Program-made: the position numbers and the translations under genes
Shown: positions 19,962 through 30,601 of the stretch, piece by piece
Position numbering within the stretch: the first letter of the stretch is position 1
How the letters are laid out: every line of letters starts with the position of its first letter
The notes under the pieces: generated by a model
What the model was told of the DNA's origin: nothing
The model's database searches: none
What the model saw: the letters and a program-made list of their open reading frames with translations, nothing else
IMG/VR virus record: IMGVR_UViG_3300049460_000371
Coordinates: 23,354 to 87,353 of that record
Strand: one strand, 5' to 3'
DNA: 64,000 nucleotides
DNA from: a virus

Positions 19962-20351
19962 GCGCCCTAGTAGCCAAATGAGCCCGCTTCGTGCGGGCTT
20001 TTTTACGTCTGTTGATCTCTCGTGTGTTCATCAGTATAATGGCGTATCTTAAGGGGACCATATGATCAAACTGACCGCATACGAACGTATCAAGCTGTAT
20101 AGCAAGATCGCCATCGCCATGATCTACAACCTGAAACCAGGTCCCTTGATTGTTCTTAAGGGGAAGGGCCTGACCTATACGGTTCACAAGAACCTGTGGG
20201 TCACCATCAGCGATGGTCATTCCAAAGACATGCTGCCACTGAACTTCTGCTCGCAAGAATTCGTCGACAACATCTCGAAAGAACTCGAGAAGCGCTTCAT
20301 TTTCAGGCTTCTGAAAATGACTCCCCGTGAACAAGAATATTTGGGCCAGCA

Positions 20352-20702
20352 ATGAAACAACGCAATATCGTAAAGTGGTACAAGGCATTCGTTGCACCGA
20401 ATGATAAGATGGCCCAGGATGTCATTGACGCATTACCCTATACCTTCGTGGTAATCAACCCCCAACTGTCATACAGCGGCCGCCGTGGTCGTGACGAGCG
20501 GGTGCGTGACGTCATTGCTTGGTTGCGAGCCAACGTCAACCGTGACCGGTATGTGCTGTGCAGCCATGTAAACCGCAATGATGTCATGACAGCACAATAC
20601 GACAACGCGATGTGGCAGTTCGGCAAGATCTACGGCGTTGCATTCCAGCATGAAGAAGATGCAGTGCTGTTCAAACTGGCAAATATCCAGCATATTACTT
20701 GA
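20352..20702 (+). CDS. hypothetical protein, FKL family
   Basis: VAFQHEEDAVLFKL. Confidence 0.6.
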   Translation: MKQRNIVKWYKAFVAPNDKMAQDVIDALPYTFVVINPQLSYSGRRGRDERVRDVIAWLRANVNRDRYVLCSHVNRNDVMTAQYDNAMWQFGKIYGVAFQHEEDAVLFKLANIQHIT

Positions 20703-20944
20703 TCTCTTGTTCATTTGAACCTATACTAGGAACATCTGAACCAGGAGGAAATTATGCAAATCGATCTGCATCTTCAATTTCAAGAAGTTACCAACCAGGA
20801 CGAACTGATCGCCAACGCACCAGTCGTACCAATGGTTGGTTCGTATATCTGTTCGCAGCACCATGGGCTGCGACTTATTACCAAGATAGTGTATGAGTTC
20901 ACTCCACAAGAACTGAAGGTGTTCCTCCGTACAGTGGTTGCATA

Positions 20945-21343
20945 ATGTCACTAAAAGATTTGGTCCGGATTTACTGGGAACGAGAGCACGAAGCCTCGGC
21001 TTCCACTGAAGCTTGGTTAACTCACTTCACAAAGACGAGTTCACGCCAATGGCCAGGGCTTCTGGCACATTGCCCGTTCAGTGTGGTGCGGATCAAGCCT
21101 ATCCCGTTCGACATTGATCATATCGGTCAAGTTGAATGTGCTATGTGGCTCGCACAGCAAAGCACGAATGGGCTCGACGTAAGCCTCATCATCGAGTCAT
21201 ATACACCAGATCGTTCCATCTATGTGTCACATATGAAATACGTGCTGTGGAACGATCCGCAGATCGCGGGCATTATTTGTCAGGATGATGCCGTGGCTGC
21301 AATGTTCAAGCTGACATTCCCAGAGCTGCTGTTTACCAGGTAA
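20945..21343 (+). CDS. hypothetical protein, FKL family
   Basis: QDDAVAAMFKLTF. Confidence 0.6.
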   Translation: MSLKDLVRIYWEREHEASASTEAWLTHFTKTSSRQWPGLLAHCPFSVVRIKPIPFDIDHIGQVECAMWLAQQSTNGLDVSLIIESYTPDRSIYVSHMKYVLWNDPQIAGIICQDDAVAAMFKLTFPELLFTR

Positions 21344-21392
21344 TCAACTATTTCACTTGCCAGTTGTTATACTGTGGTCCAAACACCACAAT

Positions 21393-21788
21393 ATGGCAAC
21401 TGTGAATAACGAATCTCCCCACACTTGGTATAATCGATATGGCCGCTATCTGGGCCCATACTCGATCTTCAGAGCCTCGTCACCATTCCCAATCGTTGAC
21501 CTGCCACCCAAGAAGTTTATCTCATTCTTGAATTGGTATAATTGGAAAGAACTCCAGGGACACTCAACACTGGATATGAATCGAGTCAATGAGTGTGGTT
21601 ATTTGGAATGGCTGTTCGACAATCATACACCAGACGAATACTGCTTCGTCTATAAAACCACGATGGAAAACGAAGGCCATGTTACCGACCCTGAGTTGTC
21701 ATGGTCCCCGTACCTATCAGCTATTCTTTTTTGTTCAGAAGAAAAGGCAGTCATGTTTCGATTGACCTGCGCGGAACATTTGATATGA
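21393..21788 (+). CDS. hypothetical protein, FKL family
   Basis: LFCSEEKAVMFRLT. Confidence 0.6.
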   Translation: MATVNNESPHTWYNRYGRYLGPYSIFRASSPFPIVDLPPKKFISFLNWYNWKELQGHSTLDMNRVNECGYLEWLFDNHTPDEYCFVYKTTMENEGHVTDPELSWSPYLSAILFCSEEKAVMFRLTCAEHLI

Positions 21789-22246
21789 TCCCAGGTTACG
21801 AAAATTACTATGACTGGTTGATCAAGGCACGTGAATCAAATTTAACCGTGGCGCCATGGTTGGCAGGATTCACGCAATGGGTCAATCACCGTGATTACTC
21901 ATACCTGGTTGCTTCTCATCCAGGTTACTTGATCAAGTTAACGGCTGATCACTTTTACTGCATTGCTGCCGAGTGTTGGATCACCAATTGGGCGAAAGAA
22001 CACATCAAGGATCATCACGATGGCACCGAGGCATTTGCCGTCATCCCTGTATCAAATTTTGGGTTAGTCCGACTCAAACATGAATATGGTTTGATCACAA
22101 CCAATCGAGATCGAGCAGCCGCGCACTATCCAGAAGTCCGCCGTGTGCTGTTTGATCGGGCAGAAGATGCTGCTCTGTTCAAACTCACATTCCTGGATAA
22201 AATCACACCAGTTATCCACAAAGTAAACTACGAGGAAAAATTATGA
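21785..22246 (+). CDS. hypothetical protein, FKL family
   Basis: LFDRAEDAALFKLTF. Confidence 0.6.
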   Translation: MIPGYENYYDWLIKARESNLTVAPWLAGFTQWVNHRDYSYLVASHPGYLIKLTADHFYCIAAECWITNWAKEHIKDHHDGTEAFAVIPVSNFGLVRLKHEYGLITTNRDRAAAHYPEVRRVLFDRAEDAALFKLTFLDKITPVIHKVNYEEKL

Positions 22247-22629
22247 AGTATGTGGCAATATTCAGACAATACGGTGAAGGTTGCGACTACACAATCGCGT
22301 GCGGCCAAAAATCGTTCACATTCGACGCACTTGCGGACGACGTCGCACATGAATTCATCTTGAACAAAATTCGTGAAGAGCACGCAAGTGACGACTACAA
22401 GCTGGAACTTGTCCAACTTTTCAGAGTGGGCGAAGAAATCAAAGTTGATCTCAAGGCACTCTACAGTGAAATCAACTCTGACCGACAAGCAGAAGAAGCG
22501 GGTCGCAAGTTGCGCAAAGCTGAACAAGAGTTGGCCCAGGCACAGAAAGCAGTGGCGGAAGCTGAAGAGAATCGCAAAGCCTTCCTGAAACATTTCTATG
22601 AAACTGGCGACGGTGGCGGCACTACGTAA
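22243..22629 (+). CDS. hypothetical protein
   Basis: GEGCDYTIACG motif, coiled-coil C-terminus. Confidence 0.6.
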   Translation: MKYVAIFRQYGEGCDYTIACGQKSFTFDALADDVAHEFILNKIREEHASDDYKLELVQLFRVGEEIKVDLKALYSEINSDRQAEEAGRKLRKAEQELAQAQKAVAEAEENRKAFLKHFYETGDGGGTT

Positions 22630-22756
22630 GAATCGTTTGTAATTTGCGCTAACGCATAACAGTCAGCAAAGTATGTTGCTATTATCCTAATACAGCTTGG
22701 TTCCATCGCTGAGCTGTAGAAAGGGAAAGGTGACCTATGTAGGCTTTTTGGCTGAT

Positions 22757-22784
22757 AAAAAAGCCCGGAGGTTCCGGGCTTTTT
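22757..22784. terminator. bidirectional terminator between convergent genes
   Basis: AAAAAAGCCCGGAGGTTCCGGGCTTTTT. Confidence 0.85.
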
Positions 22785-22785
22785 G

Positions 22786-23019
22786 TTAACTCCAATACTG
22801 CCTGACGTTTGACCCCGCACCACCAGCATCAGAAATGATACCAGCAGCCGAAACGGTTCCGCGATCAGTTGGAACACCCTGAAACACCAGGTTGTTAACT
22901 GGTTCCAAATCCAACAACGGGAAACCGGTTACTTGGCCACGTTGAATGGAGGTATTTGCATAAACCGCAGGTAACACCAAACGAATAGTAGCACCTTGTA
23001 TTGATCCAATACTTGCCAT
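22786..23019 (-). CDS. small putative virion protein
   Basis: GAGGTG RBS, last gene of minus-strand cassette. Confidence 0.55.
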   Translation of the reverse strand: MASIGSIQGATIRLVLPAVYANTSIQRGQVTGFPLLDLEPVNNLVFQGVPTDRGTVSAAGIISDAGGAGSNVRQYWS

Positions 23020-23027
23020 ATATCACC

Positions 23028-23960
23028 TCATACTGGAATCAAACAACGATCATATTGTGTCTGCCCAACATTAAGTACATGATGTGACACCGCGGTACCT
23101 GTAGTAGACTGATGATAATTTGAATCAACCAATACCGATGCCTTATCCATGTCATTCCACACAGTATTGCCGTACACCATTTTGATACCCAAAATACGAC
23201 CACGCAATTTGGCTATCGACGAGCCCAAAGCGGATGACAACATTTCCACCGCGGTCATAGTCAATGCCCCATTTTGAACAGAACCAGCAGCCAACGTACT
23301 TATTGGGTAACCACTTCCTGGCATTCCCAATGCGGTAACTACATTGTTATATGGAGTCGTAGAACTACCAGTCGTGAGGCCATTTGCTACACCACGTAAT
23401 GATCCAAAAAAACCAAACCCACCAGAATTGGGATAGATTATTTGATGTGTACCAATAAAGATATTGGTCGATATCGTATCGTCTTCGCCAAAGTCTTTAG
23501 CAATTTCAAATGATCCAAACAAGAAACCATATACTAACAAGTTTGAACGTAATCTAGTTGCAAGCCAGCGTTGATTGACAAACATTACAATGGCGGCACC
23601 ATCGGCTATTGTAATTGCTTGATTGCCGAATACCGAGCCAGAACCAGAACCAGTACTGTAGTAGGTGCCGTCGTTGGTACCAACGTGAGTAGTTGCATTC
23701 CACGATTCCCAAATCTTGAATAACATTGCGGTAGTGCTAAATGCGATTTGAACATACTTGTATGTTGATGCACTACCTTGTTGAAGAGTACGATATACTC
23801 GCCCGACCGTCAAACCGCCAGGGGCGGCGGCATCATACTGTGTCCAGCCCTTCGATACGATGTACGCATCGATTGCTGTCATGATTGATGCAGGTGTATC
23901 TGTCGCCGCCATTACAAACATGGACGAGTTTGGTCCTAAAATTGTTTCTACCATTGCCAT
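23028..23960 (-). CDS. putative tail fibre/virion protein, paralog of 24619
   Basis: 310 aa G/S/T-rich; shares ETILGPNSS, KIWESWN..THVGTNDGTYY, WNDMD, LIPV. Confidence 0.65.
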   Translation of the reverse strand: MAMVETILGPNSSMFVMAATDTPASIMTAIDAYIVSKGWTQYDAAAPGGLTVGRVYRTLQQGSASTYKYVQIAFSTTAMLFKIWESWNATTHVGTNDGTYYSTGSGSGSVFGNQAITIADGAAIVMFVNQRWLATRLRSNLLVYGFLFGSFEIAKDFGEDDTISTNIFIGTHQIIYPNSGGFGFFGSLRGVANGLTTGSSTTPYNNVVTALGMPGSGYPISTLAAGSVQNGALTMTAVEMLSSALGSSIAKLRGRILGIKMVYGNTVWNDMDKASVLVDSNYHQSTTGTAVSHHVLNVGQTQYDRCLIPV

Positions 23961-23972
23961 AATATTCCCTCG

Positions 23973-24554
23973 TTATTGGTATTCAAATCTGACCATCAAA
24001 TCTGAGCCGTTACCACTCAAGATGTCGATAGTCAAATACTCATTCGACGCCATACTAACTGAGAGCGGAATGATAGTTGATGTGTTTGATGTTGCAGCAA
24101 TAGTCGGCTTTGCTCCGGCACCAAAAATACTTACACCACTTTTCTTCACGTCGATTACTAATTGCGAAGACGGAGCGGTGGTGATAGCCATAAACACTGA
24201 CTGAAGTGTTACTGACTTACCAGGGTACCATCTGATGGTACCGATCGACGATGATATCAGCCCAGGGAAGAACGAAGTAGTGAGCTGCGGGCTGTTTACT
24301 TTGGTAACCCACTCAAGTTTTGTTGCATCTGAACTAACCTGCAATATACTCCCTGGCGTTGAGCCACCAGTAGTTGGCCACTGTTTACCATGGAATGCAA
24401 TTTTGTCAGTCGCTAATTGCAATGGTGATGCGGTGGCATCACCGCCCTCAACTGTTCTAAGCGTTGAGTCCAACCCAAAACCTCGTCCCTGGCTGTTAAT
24501 TTTCAACAGCTCCTTGAACGAATCTTTAGGGCTTCGATTCTGTAATGTTGTCAT
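23973..24554 (-). CDS. putative tail fibre adaptor protein
   Basis: N-terminal ~80 aa homologous to 39357..39980. Confidence 0.6.
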   Translation of the reverse strand: MTTLQNRSPKDSFKELLKINSQGRGFGLDSTLRTVEGGDATASPLQLATDKIAFHGKQWPTTGGSTPGSILQVSSDATKLEWVTKVNSPQLTTSFFPGLISSSIGTIRWYPGKSVTLQSVFMAITTAPSSQLVIDVKKSGVSIFGAGAKPTIAATSNTSTIIPLSVSMASNEYLTIDILSGNGSDLMVRFEYQ

Positions 24555-24618
24555 AATTAATCCTCAAACGTATATTTATCAGTAAAATCATTGGAACAAA
24601 CAAGTCTGTAAATGAACA

Positions 24619-25551
24619 TCAGACTGGTATCAAAAAACGAGCATATGTTTGACCAGATGGATTAATGATGTGATGGCTTACTGATGTACCACTCGGGCTT
24701 TCGTGATAATTGGCATCAACTAATACCTGCGCGGTGTCCATATCGTTCCATGATGCTGAGGTAAGAGCTATTTTGGCGCCAAACACTCGACCACGTAGTA
24801 ATTTAACACCAGACGATGAAATGTTAACTGCCAGTTCGACCGCAGTTATGGTTGCCGCAATACTGGTGCCATACGCTGAGATTATTGAGCCAAGGGATAA
24901 ACTTTGAAGTGGTAAACCAGTTGGAAGCACAATACTGTTATATGTACTTGCTACTACTCCTGTCGTATTGGAATTACTAACACCGCGTAACGATCCGTAG
25001 AATCCGGCCGACGTATTAATTGGATATGCCGACGGTGTGCTAGTCATAAAGATATTGGATAGGGTAGAATCCGCCTCGCCGTAGTCCTTCGATATTTCAA
25101 ACGCCCCGTTAATGACACTGTAAACGAGAGTGTTAGACACCGCTCTAAATGCTAACCATTTTGGATTCACAAACATCACCACACCATAGCCTGCTGTGCC
25201 AGTAACGGTCGGTGCCGTTCCACCAAGGGAAACCGAACCACCAGGGTTATAATACGTACCATCATTGGTGCCCACATGAGTGGACGAATTCCATGATTCC
25301 CAAATCTTCAATTGAATGGTGGCTGCCGATACTGCTATGCCCACATATTTGTACGTTACCGCACTACCATCTTGCAGGGCGCGATAAACACGACCTACCG
25401 TTTGACCTTGTGGAGCGGCAGCATCATAAAGTGTCCAGCCCTTTGATGTAATGTACGTGTCCAGAGCAGTCATAACTGTTGCTGGAGTCTCACCTGTCCC
25501 ATAGGTAAACAGAGATGAGTTAGGCCCCAAGATTGTTTCTGATATTGCCAT
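24619..25551 (-). CDS. putative tail fibre/virion protein, paralog of 23028
   Basis: 310 aa, same conserved blocks; TAAATA upstream. Confidence 0.65.
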   Translation of the reverse strand: MAISETILGPNSSLFTYGTGETPATVMTALDTYITSKGWTLYDAAAPQGQTVGRVYRALQDGSAVTYKYVGIAVSAATIQLKIWESWNSSTHVGTNDGTYYNPGGSVSLGGTAPTVTGTAGYGVVMFVNPKWLAFRAVSNTLVYSVINGAFEISKDYGEADSTLSNIFMTSTPSAYPINTSAGFYGSLRGVSNSNTTGVVASTYNSIVLPTGLPLQSLSLGSIISAYGTSIAATITAVELAVNISSSGVKLLRGRVFGAKIALTSASWNDMDTAQVLVDANYHESPSGTSVSHHIINPSGQTYARFLIPV

Positions 25552-25659
25552 ATAAGCTCCTGTTATGTATTAAGGTGCCTTATTTAGTACCCACGAGCAA
25601 CAGTTGACTTTATTCATTTGGTGCAATATCATACTTGAAATTAGCCAAGTGAGGACACA

Positions 25660-26181
25660 ATGAAAGACTTCCGGGATCAACTGAATGCTGCGCGTGAAGC
25701 TCTGAATATCGCCGAGGTGCCACGAGATCCATACAAGGTGGATCGGGTGGTGAGTCTAGCCCATCGCGTTCGCATGGTGACCAATCCCCTACCAGTACCA
25801 ACCGTATGTCCGCACTGCCAGGGGACGGTTGGCCTCTACAACAACCGCAAGGTCTACAACGGCCGCGAGTTCGGTAAATGGCCCTACGTTTACCTTTGCG
25901 AGAACGTCGCCTGCGGGGCTCACGTGGGTTTGCACCCAGAGACTGACATCCCGCTTGGAACGCTTGCCACTGACGCTATACGACAGGCCCGGCAGATTGC
26001 CAAGAGTTCCTTCAACGACCTCCATGAAGACGGCGGCCCCATGGCTTCCCGCACTGCGGCATATGAATGGTTGGCAGCGAAAATGGGGATCGAGGTTGGA
26101 ACATGCCATATAGGCTGGTTCAATGAACAGCAGTGTGATCGTGTGGTTGAACTATGTGATGAATATTTCATGAACCTGTAA
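25660..26181 (+). CDS. DUF3268-type zinc-finger protein
   Basis: CPHC...YLCENVACGAHVGLHP..PLGTLA..AYEWLA..CHIGWF. Confidence 0.8.
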   Translation: MKDFRDQLNAAREALNIAEVPRDPYKVDRVVSLAHRVRMVTNPLPVPTVCPHCQGTVGLYNNRKVYNGREFGKWPYVYLCENVACGAHVGLHPETDIPLGTLATDAIRQARQIAKSSFNDLHEDGGPMASRTAAYEWLAAKMGIEVGTCHIGWFNEQQCDRVVELCDEYFMNL

Positions 26182-26853
26182 TATTCTGGCAACAATCGTT
26201 GCTCTTATACAAAAATGACGTATTCCGGTTTCGGCTGGTTTACGTCATTTTTATGACGAGAATCAAAATACCTACCTGGAGTTTACGACATCAGGTGTGT
26301 CATTTCTGACATACTTCGTCAAGAATCATAGAAACATGATCTTCTTCTTTCTTCATGGAAAGTTATAGATCATTAGGTTATTATCGTGAGTAGTGGTTTA
26401 GTAGTTGGTAGTATACCTGAGTGGAAGTTGATGTAGTGTGGAATGCTGTGGGTGTTTAGTTGTTGAGGTGGAATGATGTGTATGTTGCGTGGTACAAATC
26501 TTTTATAATGTGTGTATTGCTTATTGAGTTATGTTAGTCACCCAACCTTCGTGATGAAGCAAGTGTTGTACTTTAGCGCGGATGTGTTTTCATAGTTAAA
26601 TGGCTGCGTGTTGTTGGTTCTGTGGGTGAATTTTAAAAAAGTTTGTGATCTAAGTGGTGTGTTGCTGTATGTCAAGTGATTTCTTGGATTATCTATGGTA
26701 ATAAGAGGATTTTGCTTGTATGAATGTTAACTCACTTAATTGGTTGCAAATAATTTGCTTAAGAATCAGTGACTTACGTGGGGGATGAGTCTAGCGAGGG
26801 TTGTGAACTTGTAGTACATTACAGCTCTGCGATCAATAGAGTGAGAAACCGTT
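26182..26853. other. long non-coding GT-skewed region, candidate replication origin
   Basis: about 670 bp without ORFs, hairpin 26212-26251, strong G/T bias. Confidence 0.4.
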
Positions 26854-27408
26854 ATGTTTTTTAGTCATTGTTTACAGCTTTTGGGTTCCGGGGGTAGTAG
26901 TGTTCGACCGGATCAGATAACGGACGTAACCAGTGTGATGTTTCGTTTAAATTCTGGAGTTCGGATAAAGAAGCTGGATAGTATCAAGACTTCGTTGTTG
27001 ATGATTGAGGCTGTTCATTTATCTTGGTCGAACTGTGACTATGGTGAATGTGATGCTGAGTCCATGTTGATGTTCGACAATTTTGTTTCATATACGTACA
27101 GGAAGTTTTCACCGCCTATAGCTATGGCGTTGATCAAGTATGCGATTCGTGACCGTAGTTTGTCTATGCGGAATGCCAGTCGTAGTAGTAATTGGGACTT
27201 GATCCAGAATTCATTTAGTGGCCCGTTGTTGAGTCGTAATCCCAGTGTTGCCGATCTTCGTACCAGCAAGCAGTTTGAGCGGTGTTATCGTCGTTTGCGT
27301 GCCTGCATTGCGATCAGTAATTGTCTGCATGAGTATATTCGTACTGAACTTGACCGTTATCGTGAGAAGTCGATCTTAGCGTTGCCTCGCCACCTGATTG
27401 AAGAATAG
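26854..27408 (+). CDS. hypothetical protein
   Basis: ORF only. Confidence 0.45.
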   Translation: MFFSHCLQLLGSGGSSVRPDQITDVTSVMFRLNSGVRIKKLDSIKTSLLMIEAVHLSWSNCDYGECDAESMLMFDNFVSYTYRKFSPPIAMALIKYAIRDRSLSMRNASRSSNWDLIQNSFSGPLLSRNPSVADLRTSKQFERCYRRLRACIAISNCLHEYIRTELDRYREKSILALPRHLIEE

Positions 27409-27438
27409 GTTGATTCATTTGCATCCTTGTAGTACCAT

Positions 27439-27855
27439 ATGGTTTTACATGAATATGGTGCTACTATGTTGGGTTACACATGTTTGATATTGAATTATGA
27501 GGATCGCCAGCGCTTGATGGCGCGCTTTCCTCCAGAGTATCAGCATCATGTCGCCCATCACATCACCATCGCGTATGGCGTCGACGGCAGCACTATGCCT
27601 GACATGTGGGAAGGTTTCATTGTTGGTGATGCGTATGACAAGGGTGTTCAAGCACTTGTTGTTGAGATTAACGGCAATACTGTTCGCCCAGATGGTGCGC
27701 ATTATCATATCACCTGGAGTTTGGATGAAGGTCGTTTCCCTGACCAGTCAATTGCGTTGTTGAACCGTGGTTGGTTCCCATTGGCTGATGGTGAACGCAT
27801 TCCTGTTTCATTCACACCGGCATTTGTGCTCAGCAAGTCGAGTCGTACCAAATGA
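27439..27855 (+). CDS. 2H-phosphoesterase-like protein
   Basis: two HxT motifs: HHITIAY and YHITWS. Confidence 0.6.
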   Translation: MVLHEYGATMLGYTCLILNYEDRQRLMARFPPEYQHHVAHHITIAYGVDGSTMPDMWEGFIVGDAYDKGVQALVVEINGNTVRPDGAHYHITWSLDEGRFPDQSIALLNRGWFPLADGERIPVSFTPAFVLSKSSRTK

Positions 27856-28412
27856 CCTGGCTGTCTCCTATTCCTTTTCTGTTAGTTCCCACTCACTACA
27901 GTGAATCGTTCCATGTTATTCCCTCGGGAGCGACTGGTTTACCCATGCGCCCGCATCCTGGTTCGTTTGGGATGGTTCGTCGAAACCATGTTCATGAGGG
28001 CGTGGATCTTTACTGTCCAGAGGGCACTCCTGTCATGGCAGTTGAGGGCGGAGTGGTGGTTGCCATTTTGCCGTTCACTGGTCAGAATGCGTTTGCGGTC
28101 AACCCCAAGACGGGCGAATCTGAGCCATTGAAATGGTGGCTGGATACTGACGTCGTGTTGGTTGAGGGTGCGAGTGGGGTCGTGGCATACGGCGAGATCA
28201 CACCAGGCTGTCATGTGGGCGACATCCTTCATGCGGGTGATGTCTTGGGTGCGGTCCAGCGCGTATTGGCCAAGGACAAGGGGCGGCCGATGTCCATGTT
28301 GCATATTGAGCTTCATGTTTCTGGGACGCGGGTGCCCACTTGTTGGTATCAGGAGAATGGGAAGCCAGAATCGTTATTGGATCCCACTCCATTTTTGCTG
28401 GCTATCAAATAA
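27852..28412 (+). CDS. M23 family peptidase
   Basis: HEGVDLY..GTPVMAVEGG, LHIE. Confidence 0.8.
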   Translation: MTWLSPIPFLLVPTHYSESFHVIPSGATGLPMRPHPGSFGMVRRNHVHEGVDLYCPEGTPVMAVEGGVVVAILPFTGQNAFAVNPKTGESEPLKWWLDTDVVLVEGASGVVAYGEITPGCHVGDILHAGDVLGAVQRVLAKDKGRPMSMLHIELHVSGTRVPTCWYQENGKPESLLDPTPFLLAIK

Positions 28413-28435
28413 ATGGGGGCCTCGGGCGCCATTTA

Positions 28436-28873
28436 CTAGATATCAGTTTTCTTACTTGGCTGTTCAGTCAACTCTTTCGCGCACACCATATTGAAGATAT
28501 CACCCAGGAGTGTTTTTGGGTATACTACTTCTTTCTTACCAGGTTCAGTTGCGCCTTTTGCCAATACGTCTTTGGTATCAGCATCGATGAAGTCGGTAGT
28601 GGGGCCAGGTTGCGAGATCACTATCACATCGTACTTGGATCGATAGATACCAAATTGAACGGCTTGGACGAAGCCATAATGGCGTTTGGTCTTTTCGTTG
28701 TAGAGGTTGCTGAACTTCACATAGTTGACGCCCGTGCAGGTCATGTTATCGGCCATGACTGCCACTTCCGCGATCGTGCTATCTGAGTTTGGTTTACTGC
28801 TGATTTTGTTCCATGTTGTCTCCGCGTGCGCGGTGCTGGCCAGGATTGCCAGTGCGAATAAAAACTTCTTCAT
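28436..28873 (-). CDS. exported protein
   Basis: signal peptide MKKFLFALAILASTAHA, GGAG RBS. Confidence 0.6.
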   Translation of the reverse strand: MKKFLFALAILASTAHAETTWNKISSKPNSDSTIAEVAVMADNMTCTGVNYVKFSNLYNEKTKRHYGFVQAVQFGIYRSKYDVIVISQPGPTTDFIDADTKDVLAKGATEPGKKEVVYPKTLLGDIFNMVCAKELTEQPSKKTDI

Positions 28874-29394
28874 TGAAACTCCATATTGATTTACTAATAT
28901 GGTAAATGGTATCTGGTGTTCGTCATAATTATTCCTGCTTATCAACTTTCACTTGAAGAATCAAGTCCTTGGTATTACCATATGGCTTCCGTGACTGTGA
29001 GACTACTATGAAAAATCCGCGTTGGGTCAACAACTACCGTTTGCAATATTGGCTCTATGCTGTGTTGAACCATGAGTTTGGCACTGAGGTTAAGATGGAG
29101 CGTGATTCCCTGCACTCCAGGTATTCGGTCAATCGTCATGGTTTCAATGTGAGGACTAACCGTACTCCGCTCGCTACTGCGCGCCGTCTGTTCATTGCTC
29201 GTTTGGAGCGTGCTGGTTACAAGATCAGTTCTGAGTCCACTCGTAGTATGTTGGTCATGCAGAAAAGTGTTACTCGTTTGACCAAGCACGAGGATCAGTA
29301 TATTGCCATCCGTGACATTCAGGATGGTAAGTTTTATGTGAATGGTAGTTCTTCACTCAGGTAGTTTTCAACTCTCGCCAATAATAAAAATAAC

Positions 29395-29799
29395 ATGACC
29401 CCTACACAAAAAATCAAAAAGCATCTTCTGACTCGTCTGGAAAACTGGCGTCCTATTCGTTTGCCTGCCCTTAACACAGGTGAAGAGGTTGACAACGCCT
29501 ACGAGATGTATCTGGATCTCGAGAGCGACACCTTGCAGGATCTGCGCTATGAAGTCCGCGAAGGCCAGGTCAATACCGATATTCAACCTTTCATTTGCAA
29601 TACTCGTTTGCTGCGCGATTACGACGCCTCTTCAGTTGCAATGCAGATGGACGATGGTTCGTGGGTTGGCTGGACGTATTGGTCAGGCGGTGGTCGTCAT
29701 GGTGAGTCGCATGCAATCCAGTGGATGGAAGATGCCATTGAACTGACCTGTACAGAAAAGCAGGTTATGGTTACTGAGCGCACGTTCACCAAAGTATAA
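29395..29799 (+). CDS. conserved phage hypothetical protein
   Basis: DGSWVGWTYWSGGGRHGE motif. Confidence 0.65.
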   Translation: MTPTQKIKKHLLTRLENWRPIRLPALNTGEEVDNAYEMYLDLESDTLQDLRYEVREGQVNTDIQPFICNTRLLRDYDASSVAMQMDDGSWVGWTYWSGGGRHGESHAIQWMEDAIELTCTEKQVMVTERTFTKV

Positions 29800-29800
29800 C

Positions 29801-30568
29801 GTGCATCCGCTTCAACGTTATATTCAGATATCGTGCAGGTATTATACCTACTATGCGAGTGGTCTGTCATCGATCAGTTGTATGTTCGAGTATATGTATA
29901 CCGACCGAATCTATCATGACATAATCAATCTGAATAGTCATGGGCGTTCGGTCATGCAAAAGCGTCGATCCATCTTCAATCAATACATATCAGATCCATC
30001 ATATCAACTATGGCCTGACGAGTTAACTGTTGAGATGGTAAATAGCCTGATTACTCCTGAGCTATATGCACAAGCTGAACGTCGTGCTCGTCGCAATGTG
30101 ATGTTTTCTACCCGCGATCATGCTGGTAACTTCTTGAAGAATCCACCGAACAGTATCATGTTTGAAGATCCGGTGGTGTTCCGTAGTATCTTGCAGCCAC
30201 ATATTGATCAGTTGGGTCCGTGCATTGTTTCACAGTTTAATAATATTGCCAATATTCCAGAGTTCAAACTTGATTACGAGTCATTTGCCGCAGAGTTAAG
30301 CGCACATCATGCGGCACATCATAAGCATTATATATTTGTTAATGGCCTCGATAGTATTAATCAACTTGATGCCTCCTTACCATCAGGAAATCTGATTGCC
30401 AATGGCTTGACTGATCCCCAGATAATAGCAAGTTGTCGTGATGCCTGTCGTGCATTATTCGAGCACATTCAACTTCGAGAGTTGCCACTATCAAGTTTGC
30501 GAGACCGTTTAACTACAGATATGGATTATTTGAATCATTTGCTTGAGCGTAATGAACAAATTTGCTAA
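29801..30568 (+). CDS. hypothetical protein
   Basis: long ORF. Confidence 0.5.
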   Translation: MHPLQRYIQISCRYYTYYASGLSSISCMFEYMYTDRIYHDIINLNSHGRSVMQKRRSIFNQYISDPSYQLWPDELTVEMVNSLITPELYAQAERRARRNVMFSTRDHAGNFLKNPPNSIMFEDPVVFRSILQPHIDQLGPCIVSQFNNIANIPEFKLDYESFAAELSAHHAAHHKHYIFVNGLDSINQLDASLPSGNLIANGLTDPQIIASCRDACRALFEHIQLRELPLSSLRDRLTTDMDYLNHLLERNEQIC

Positions 30569-30601
30569 AATATAGCCACAATTTGTCCCAAGGAGAATCG
30601 G

